DNA of 64,000 bases from Patescibacteria group bacterium (GTDB lineage Bacteria > Patescibacteriota > Minisyncoccia > Portnoybacterales > UBA2143): NCBI GenBank assembly GCA_018830295.1, contig JAHJSM010000001.1:129980-193979 (forward strand), read 5' to 3'. The position numbers were made by a program, and so were the translations under genes. Shown here piece after piece: positions 58,052 to 64,000 of this stretch. Below the pieces are notes generated by a model, which was given only the letters and a program-made list of their open reading frames with translations, had not been told where the DNA came from and did no database searches. Within the stretch, counting starts at the first letter, position 1. The number at the start of each line of letters is the position of its first letter.

Positions 58052-58930
58052 CTATTTCGTCGGAAAAAAATCTTTATGAACTTTATTGTGACAATAAGAC
58101 GCCTTGAACTTGTCATAAAAAAAAGACAAATCCCGGCTAAAATAATATTTACAATATTGATAAATTCTAAGTTCAGGGATCGACTCGCATAGAATAGAGT
58201 CGTTTTTGGCCACTGCAATCAAATACGCGATATTGTCGCTAAACTCGCCCGCGCATGAAGTTGTTCTATCGGTAGCCGCGTCATCTTCCTGCTCTACTTG
58301 TGAATCACACATCAGAGTCGAATCAAAAATTACTGGTTCTTTACTTTGAAAGCTTCTGTGATAATTTTCGCATATTGCCCCCAAACCCGCTTTTATCTCG
58401 TCTAAATCATCAGGTAATTCTGTTAATTTTTGCTCTTTTTCAATTAAAATATAAGGTAAAAAAGCTTCTCTACATTCCGTTACATATTGCTCTAAACCTA
58501 TCCCATTTTTCAACTTATCGGTCAAAACAAAGAAAAAATCATAATCGCGTTCACACCTCTCTTTTCTTAGTTCAAAATCAATTTCTCGATTCTCGTAATA
58601 GCATAAATCTCTATTATTCTGATCTGCGGCTCGCATGACAAGCAATCTTTTAAGTATTGTAGGTAATTCGCTATCTGAATCAGCTTCTGTAAAATCCAAT
58701 TTATCTAAATTAAAATCAAGTATGCATTTTTCTTTTTCTTTATTAATAATTTGATTAAACCGATCCTCCGCGTCAATTGCTTCTTCTGTAATAACTTCTT
58801 CTTCAACTATCAAGCCATCGGCTATTAAATCTTTATTTTTAAAATAATAATTCCCTACAATTGATAATGAAATTAAAATAACGATAAAAACCGCTATTAA
58901 CCAAATATTTTGTTTAAATATTTCTAGCAT
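58052..58930 (-). CDS. Membrane-anchored, acidic, Cys-rich extracytoplasmic protein
   Basis: N-terminal TM, 10 spaced cysteines; overlaps hxsB stop. Confidence 0.65.
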   Translation of the reverse strand: MLEIFKQNIWLIAVFIVILISLSIVGNYYFKNKDLIADGLIVEEEVITEEAIDAEDRFNQIINKEKEKCILDFNLDKLDFTEADSDSELPTILKRLLVMRAADQNNRDLCYYENREIDFELRKERCERDYDFFFVLTDKLKNGIGLEQYVTECREAFLPYILIEKEQKLTELPDDLDEIKAGLGAICENYHRSFQSKEPVIFDSTLMCDSQVEQEDDAATDRTTSCAGEFSDNIAYLIAVAKNDSILCESIPELRIYQYCKYYFSRDLSFFYDKFKASYCHNKVHKDFFPTK

Positions 58931-60378
58931 AACTTTTTATTAAATTGGTGACGACTAGTAGCCCATTCCAAGAAAATCTTTTTTATTTTATCATCTTCTT
59001 GCATTTTTTTAAAGATATAATCAAAGATACCTTGACTTAATTGACATCTACTACTTGTGGGTAATTGAGGAAAAATATTGCCCGATTCAACATAACTAAT
59101 AATAGGACAAGTTCCGCAATAAGGTTTATAGACGCAATTGTCACAAGGCAAATTGTCCAAACAAGAAGCTAAACACATCGTTCTTATAGTCGGATTATCA
59201 ATAATATCATCGTAACTATCCGTTAAGACGCTTCCTATTTTAAAAGTTTCTTCACCTATCATCCGTCCCTCATCACATGTATAAACATCTCCGTTATAAT
59301 TATAGAGCGCTTGACCTATACCAGCTCCACAAGGCGAGCGTAATTCAAAATAATTCGGGTCCTTATCAGTTAGTATTTTTGTCAGCATGTTGGTGGCAAT
59401 CATTTCTCGAAAGCGAAGCCCTTTTTTAATATTAAGCTCTAAAATATAATCCAAACTCTTTCTGTAAAATTCTAAAAACTGACTCGTTGAATATCCTATT
59501 TTCTGCCAGGTCTTCCTAGCCATTCCCAAAGGCGTGAGCGGTCTTAAAATAATATTATCCAATCCTAACTCAATGTACTGGTCAATAATTTTTTCATAAA
59601 CAGGAAGAGAATAACGCGTAACTGTTGTCAGAGCGCCTGGTTGGTAAATATAATACTTTTTATATTTTTTAAGTATTTTTTTTAACCACTTAACCGTATT
59701 TTGATGACTATTTTTATTTATTAAAATTCTATTTTTATTATGTAATTTCTCCGGTCCATCTAGGGAAGTGCAGAAAATAACTCCTTTCTTAAGCAAATAA
59801 TTCATTTTTTCTTCGTCCATTCCTGTAAAATTAGAAACCAATCTTAATTCTAAATCCCTTTTTTCTTCCTTGTTCTTTTTTAGGGCATACTCAATAATAA
59901 ACTTAACAACTGGCCAATTTAATAACGGCTCTCCACCTTGGAATTCAATGGCAATATTTTTGTTAGGAGAAGAAAAAATGTAATCAACAATTTTTCTTGC
60001 AGTTTCCTCGCTCAAATCTTTATTCTTATCGTCCACGAAGCACGAAGATGCTTGGCAATAAACGCATTTATGGTCACAACGCAAAGTAACAACAACTATA
60101 TGAAGACTGGGTCCAGCAGAAAAAAGAAATTGATTTTTTCTTCTGTATTTTTCAACATGTTGCTCTAAATTAAATTCATCGCCAATAAAGTTTTTTCTTT
60201 TCAGCTCTAGATATTTTGAAGATTTTTTTTCTAATTTTCCCTGAAGGTATTGATCAAAATCCATGGGAGATAAAAAAATATAATCTCCAATATCATTAGT
60301 TAAAAGATAGTCTTTATTCGTTTTTTTAAATCTGAAAAAACCCAATTTTGAATAATTTACTTTTTTACAATCAATCAT
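58924..60378 (-). CDS. hxsB: His-Xaa-Ser system radical SAM/SPASM maturase HxsB
   Basis: GPSLHIVVVTLRCDHKCVYCQAS, IEFQGGEPL, ELRSPCGAGIGQ, YTCDEGRM, CDNCVYKPYCGTCP. Confidence 0.92.
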   Translation of the reverse strand: MIDCKKVNYSKLGFFRFKKTNKDYLLTNDIGDYIFLSPMDFDQYLQGKLEKKSSKYLELKRKNFIGDEFNLEQHVEKYRRKNQFLFSAGPSLHIVVVTLRCDHKCVYCQASSCFVDDKNKDLSEETARKIVDYIFSSPNKNIAIEFQGGEPLLNWPVVKFIIEYALKKNKEEKRDLELRLVSNFTGMDEEKMNYLLKKGVIFCTSLDGPEKLHNKNRILINKNSHQNTVKWLKKILKKYKKYYIYQPGALTTVTRYSLPVYEKIIDQYIELGLDNIILRPLTPLGMARKTWQKIGYSTSQFLEFYRKSLDYILELNIKKGLRFREMIATNMLTKILTDKDPNYFELRSPCGAGIGQALYNYNGDVYTCDEGRMIGEETFKIGSVLTDSYDDIIDNPTIRTMCLASCLDNLPCDNCVYKPYCGTCPIISYVESGNIFPQLPTSSRCQLSQGIFDYIFKKMQEDDKIKKIFLEWATSRHQFNKKLC

Positions 60379-60575
60379 TTTTTCATTAAGCTTAAAATGT
60401 AATTTGAAAACTCATCTTCAAAAACATTTTTTAATTCAAATGGCGCGTTGGTAATTTCAACCAAAAAATAATTTTCGTTCTGTTCTAAGGTAAAATCAGC
60501 TAAACCGCTATAATCTTTTATAGCCCTCTTGATTACTGATTTCGGATATATTTTTTTATTAAATTGAATTAACAA
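60375..60575 (-). CDS. Small HxsD-like protein
   Basis: FNKKIYPKSVIKRAI.DY...DEFSNYIL parallels the adjacent HxsD. Confidence 0.7.
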   Translation of the reverse strand: MLIQFNKKIYPKSVIKRAIKDYSGLADFTLEQNENYFLVEITNAPFELKNVFEDEFSNYILSLMKK

Positions 60576-61015
60576 TTTATTTTTTTCTTTTTAACTTTAT
60601 CGCCTTCATATTTTTCTTCCCAAGGCACAGCGATACCCAAGGGGTCATCTTTATAATTATCCCCCGAACTGTTCTGAGACAATCCAAACATAGGCGAAGC
60701 TGAAACTAAAGCAGTGCCAACAACAAAATCTCTGACCTTTTTATTTCTCTCAGCAATTTTCACCCTCAAGAGGTAATTTAAAAGTTCATTGCAAAACTCT
60801 CCGTACAACTCTTTTAGCTTTTCGGAGCTTATTTTTTTCTTGCCTTTTAAATTAACAATAATTTTTTTCTCGGAATTTTCATCTAAAAAAACATAAGCTC
60901 TATCTAAAAATACATGGGCAGTGCTATAAATGGCCTCTAAGGGATAAATCTTATTATCAAGAAAAAAAGTTATTTGATTTTTCTGAGAATTAATTTGAGA
61001 TTTTATCATTTTCAT
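60569..61015 (-). CDS. hxsD: His-Xaa-Ser system protein HxsD
   Basis: KIYPLEAIYSTAH.FLDR, EFCNELLNYLLRVKI..R...RD, DDPLGIAVPWEEKY. Confidence 0.85.
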   Translation of the reverse strand: MKMIKSQINSQKNQITFFLDNKIYPLEAIYSTAHVFLDRAYVFLDENSEKKIIVNLKGKKKISSEKLKELYGEFCNELLNYLLRVKIAERNKKVRDFVVGTALVSASPMFGLSQNSSGDNYKDDPLGIAVPWEEKYEGDKVKKKKINC

Positions 61016-61027
61016 TCAACGCGCGCG

Positions 61028-61834
61028 TTATTTTATTAATACTTCTATCACCCCTTCCGCGCCTTCCAACTTTTGCAATGCCTTGCCGACAATAGCTCCT
61101 TGGCATTTGCTATAATTATCGCATTTCATGCCATAACCGGGCCTGGAAGAGCTAATAATATTGTCGCCAATTTTAATCGGCCCATTTTCCGCGGTGACTT
61201 TTGTTGGCACTCTGCCTAAAAGCGCTATTGGCGGATAATTTTCATTATCAAAATTCTCCAAAGCGCCCATAGTTAAATTGGGCTTAGTGGAAACAACTCC
61301 AATTACCATAGTACTATATGCTTTGTCGGACTTTTTTATGTTCATTTCTTTATCTTCATCCAAAACAACTATATCGCCCGGTTCTAATTGACTATCTCCA
61401 TCGCCGCTTGCTTGATAACGCTCGGCGATGTCGCATCCCGGACCTGAATATGAATTAGCATAAACCGCGTTAAATTTAGATGTATTATTTAGGTCAAGAT
61501 AATAAGCAGTGTTGTCTCTATCATAACCATAGCTAAAATCAACTCGATTCATATTACTCATCCCCGCCGGGTCAACATAGTAGCCAGTGTTGTTTTGGTC
61601 ATAGAAAATAGGAGCTCTCATATCAGAGCTGGAAATAAGAGAGCCAGATTTTGTTTGAGCAGTTGAACCGACATTTAAGGGCGCGGCGACATTGCTTCCC
61701 GGAGGCGCGGAAACGGGAGTCGTCCATGCTAGAATAAGGCCATTAACCCAGAATACAGAAGCAATCGCGACAATAATAATGGAAAAATAGAGAGCGATTG
61801 TTTGTGTTTTTTTTGTCATTTTTTTTGTGGACAT
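61028..61834 (-). CDS. Secreted fibre/adhesin-like protein with C-terminal peptidase G2/IMC-like domain
   Basis: AWTTPVSAPPGSNVAAPLNVGSTAQTK; DIAERY...PGDIV...IGVVST.P...IALLGRVPTKV...IVGKAL. Confidence 0.65.
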   Translation of the reverse strand: MSTKKMTKKTQTIALYFSIIIVAIASVFWVNGLILAWTTPVSAPPGSNVAAPLNVGSTAQTKSGSLISSSDMRAPIFYDQNNTGYYVDPAGMSNMNRVDFSYGYDRDNTAYYLDLNNTSKFNAVYANSYSGPGCDIAERYQASGDGDSQLEPGDIVVLDEDKEMNIKKSDKAYSTMVIGVVSTKPNLTMGALENFDNENYPPIALLGRVPTKVTAENGPIKIGDNIISSSRPGYGMKCDNYSKCQGAIVGKALQKLEGAEGVIEVLIK

Positions 61835-61852
61835 GTGTTTTATATTATTTAT

Positions 61853-62452
61853 TTATTCCACAGGTGGCGCGTCAACCTGTCCTGGCATCATCGGCATAAA
61901 TTGAACAATTATTTCTATCGCCTTAAATTCCTTGATATCTTTAATGTTTTCTTGCGCCGTGACAGTTATCTGCTGACCGACCTTAATATCATTAAAACTA
62001 ATTTCTGTCTTAATAAACATTTCTGGAGGCATAATCGGTTCTGCTGTCGCTTCAAAATTTCCCATCTGTTCTTCCATTTTCTGATTAAACCCTTCCATTT
62101 CTGCTTGATATTGGGCTTGGTCTTTTTCCTTAAACTGATAAATCTTGGTATTCTCATCTGTTTCAATAATTCTATTGTCTAAGTCCGAATCAGCCAAAAG
62201 CGTTAAGGGTTGAATCTTAAGATAAATATTATTATCTTTTATTACTTTCACGATTCCGCTAATAGAAGTTATCTCCATATCTCCCATCATGGGCGCGAAA
62301 CCAGATTCCTCCAATCTTTGCTTAGCCGCGTCCCAGCCGGCTTGATATGTATCACTGCCGCTGTCTGGTTTGTAATAATTGGCGAAGGCAAAGCCAAGCC
62401 CAAAGAAAACCAAGGCGGTGATAACGATGATTGTTGTTATTTGTTTGGTCAT
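61853..62452 (-). CDS. Hypothetical exported protein (OB-fold/DUF5666-like)
   Basis: N-terminal TM; ISGIVK...DENTKI...DIKVGQQITV. Confidence 0.55.
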   Translation of the reverse strand: MTKQITTIIVITALVFFGLGFAFANYYKPDSGSDTYQAGWDAAKQRLEESGFAPMMGDMEITSISGIVKVIKDNNIYLKIQPLTLLADSDLDNRIIETDENTKIYQFKEKDQAQYQAEMEGFNQKMEEQMGNFEATAEPIMPPEMFIKTEISFNDIKVGQQITVTAQENIKDIKEFKAIEIIVQFMPMMPGQVDAPPVE

Positions 62453-62522
62453 AGTTATTTTACTATTTTTATTTGTTACGGATTAAATGGGATTAACTCT
62501 ATTTTTCGCGCAAAAACCATTT

Positions 62523-62978
62523 TTACAACTCAATACAATATTCCGGATCAACGCAGTCGCAGCCAAAAACCGTTCCATCGCTATCGTCATTCAAAGCCGC
62601 GTTGTTAACGCCCTCCAATGTCGCATTCAAAACAAAACCTTGGTTATTAGACGAAACCCAATATTCGTAAGTCCCCATACCCGGATCGCCTGGAATTGAA
62701 GCAATATACCCACTTCCTTCTATGGCTGTTTTCATAACTGCCCATTGATTACTACCGCTCACCCCAGGATAACCTGCATCCGAGTGGTCATCGTAATACA
62801 GCGTCAGACCCAAAGCGATCTGTCTCATATCACTTACCCTTCGGACATCTCGCGCTTTCTCTCGAGCTGTGTTCAAAGAAACCAAAACAATTGTTGACAA
62901 AACGCCAATAATCGTAATAACCACCAACAACTCAATCAAGGTAAAACCTTTTTGATTCTTCTTAAAAATTTGTAACAT
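62523..62978 (-). CDS. Type IV pilin / GspG-like major pilin
   Basis: QKG-FTLIELLVVITIIGVL; AREKARDVRRVSDM; C-terminal cysteines. Confidence 0.92.
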   Translation of the reverse strand: MLQIFKKNQKGFTLIELLVVITIIGVLSTIVLVSLNTAREKARDVRRVSDMRQIALGLTLYYDDHSDAGYPGVSGSNQWAVMKTAIEGSGYIASIPGDPGMGTYEYWVSSNNQGFVLNATLEGVNNAALNDDSDGTVFGCDCVDPEYCIEL

Positions 62979-63019
62979 TTTTTTATAACTTATTTATCTT
63001 TCATTCTACCACTTTTTTA

Positions 63020-63808
63020 TTAAAAAACAAACAAGAAGTTTATCCACAATTGTCCGCAGAGCATCACTAGAACAGTCGCGCCCGCCAGAAATGGTCCGAA
63101 GGGGATTTGAGATTTGAGTCCTTTTTTGCCAAAAATAATCAGGGCAACGCCGACAACCGCCCCCGTCAAAAAAGCGAGAAAAAGCGCCGCTAAAATATTG
63201 GGCCAGCCCAAAATCAATCCCATTAAAAAAGCCAATTTAACATCGCCCATCCCCATCCATTTCCCTTTTGAAAAAAGAACCAGCGACAAAAAAAATCCAC
63301 CAGCCAATATTGCGCTTAATATTGAAAATTTGAAAATTGAAAATTCATTGAAAATTGAAAATTGAAAATTGAAAATTCCAGCAATAATTATCGCGGGAAA
63401 AACAATTTTGTCGGGGATAATGTAATGCCGTAAGTCATAGACGAAAATGACTATCAAAAAACAAATAATTATCAGATAATAAAATAAATTTAGAGTTTGA
63501 AAATTAAGAATTGAAAATTCATTGAAAATTGAAAATTGAAAATTGAAAATTAATAGAAATAGACACGCAGTGGTTATTTCTATGACCGGATACTGCCAAC
63601 TGATTTTCTTCCCGCAAGAACGGCATTTGCCAAGCAAGAAAACAAAACTCAAAACCGGAATTAAATCATACCACGACAAAACAGCCCCGCATTGAGGACA
63701 ATGGGAGCGCTTCGCGACAATTGATTCCTTGGTTTCTAAGCGGCAAATGACAACATTCAAAAAACTGCCAACAGAAAGACCAAGGATGAAGATGAGAAAA
63801 TAAAGCAT
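63020..63808 (-). CDS. pilD: Prepilin peptidase / N-methyltransferase
   Basis: GSFLNVVI.R, RSHCPQC, GKCRSC, YDLRHYIIPD, MGMGDVKL, IPFGPFL. Confidence 0.93.
   Translation of the reverse strand: MLYFLIFILGLSVGSFLNVVICRLETKESIVAKRSHCPQCGAVLSWYDLIPVLSFVFLLGKCRSCGKKISWQYPVIEITTACLFLLIFNFQFSIFNEFSILNFQTLNLFYYLIIICFLIVIFVYDLRHYIIPDKIVFPAIIIAGIFNFQFSIFNEFSIFKFSILSAILAGGFFLSLVLFSKGKWMGMGDVKLAFLMGLILGWPNILAALFLAFLTGAVVGVALIIFGKKGLKSQIPFGPFLAGATVLVMLCGQLWINFLFVF
63321..63551. repeat. Two 7 bp (TTGAAAA) tandem tracts inside pilD (63321-63377 and 63498-63551)
   Basis: Both encode IFNFQFSIFNEFSI. Confidence 0.85.
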
Positions 63809-63816
63809 TATTTATT

Positions 63817-63846
63817 GGGGACAGTCCCCTCTTGGGGACAGTCCCC
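63817..63846. repeat. REP family B, two arms just upstream of pilD
   Basis: GGGGACAGTCCCC-TCTT-GGGGACAGTCCCC. Confidence 0.85.
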
Positions 63847-63890
63847 GGATTTGTCCATTTTTAAGCTTTTCGGCTATTAAGCTATTATCA

Positions 63891-64000
63891 TTACGGCTGA
63901 ATACAGTACTCTGGAGCTCCTGCTGTATCAGCGCAGTTACAGCCCAAAATCGTTCCGTCAAGATCATCCCTCAAAGCGGCGTTATTGTCATCCTCTAATG
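63891..64000 (-). CDS. C-terminus of a second pilin paralog (partial)
   Basis: ...LEDDNNAALRDDLDGTILGCNCADTAGAPEYCIQP* aligns with the end of the 62523-62978 pilin (LEGVNNAALNDDSDGTVFGCDCVDPEYCIEL). Confidence 0.8.
   Translation of the reverse strand, partial: LEDDNNAALRDDLDGTILGCNCADTAGAPEYCIQP

Noticed and set aside
61018-61029. Palindrome AACGCGCGCGTT at the cluster edge as an att site
   Set aside because: No matching copy at the other border and no integrase
1591-62699. Remaining short opposite-strand ORFs in the track
   Set aside because: Antisense shadows of well-supported genes with no recognisable motifs
1-64000. UGA recoding (code 25), rRNA or tRNA genes
   Set aside because: Genes are full length under code 11 and TGA acts as stop; no rRNA or tRNA pattern recognised by eye

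Overview
AT-rich bacterial window, almost all genes on the minus strand, standard code 11 (TGA is used as a stop, e.g. ATGA overlaps). Gene content (DUF5667/ECF sigma pair, GWAWS-repeat and WTxPxxxPP pilin-associated proteins, many type IV pilins, a large S-layer-like protein) points to a Patescibacteria/CPR (Parcubacteria-like) genome; this is inference. Four blocks: (1) 1-21.8 kb, surface-glycan locus: 6 GT4, 1 GT2, 6 class I methyltransferases, AsnB, deacetylase, 2 B12-binding radical SAM enzymes, O-antigen ligase/O-OTase-TPR. It is interrupted by a DUF2335 cassette and by a DUF3800 gene facing a promoter-driven, structured small RNA candidate. (2) 21.9-36 kb, surface proteins, ECF sigma/anti-sigma and a REP-associated tyrosine transposase (RAYT) amid three families of palindromic repeats, several sitting in frame inside genes. 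(3) 36-40 kb and 61-64 kb, type IV pilin genes and PilD. (4) 40.2-61.0 kb, embedded in the pilin locus, a greatly expanded His-Xaa-Ser (Hxs) RiPP-like cluster: a signal-peptide-bearing precursor with a Cys cluster and (HxS)10-W, HxsB, two HxsD, 10 radical SAM genes with 13 radical SAM domains (one triple and one double fusion), cysteine desulfurase, PLP enzyme, pyruvoyl arginine decarboxylase-like, RaSEA-like and DUF483-like proteins, and its own A24 peptidase. Block 4 is the best candidate for an undescribed system. All calls are from motif recognition by eye; no searches were run.
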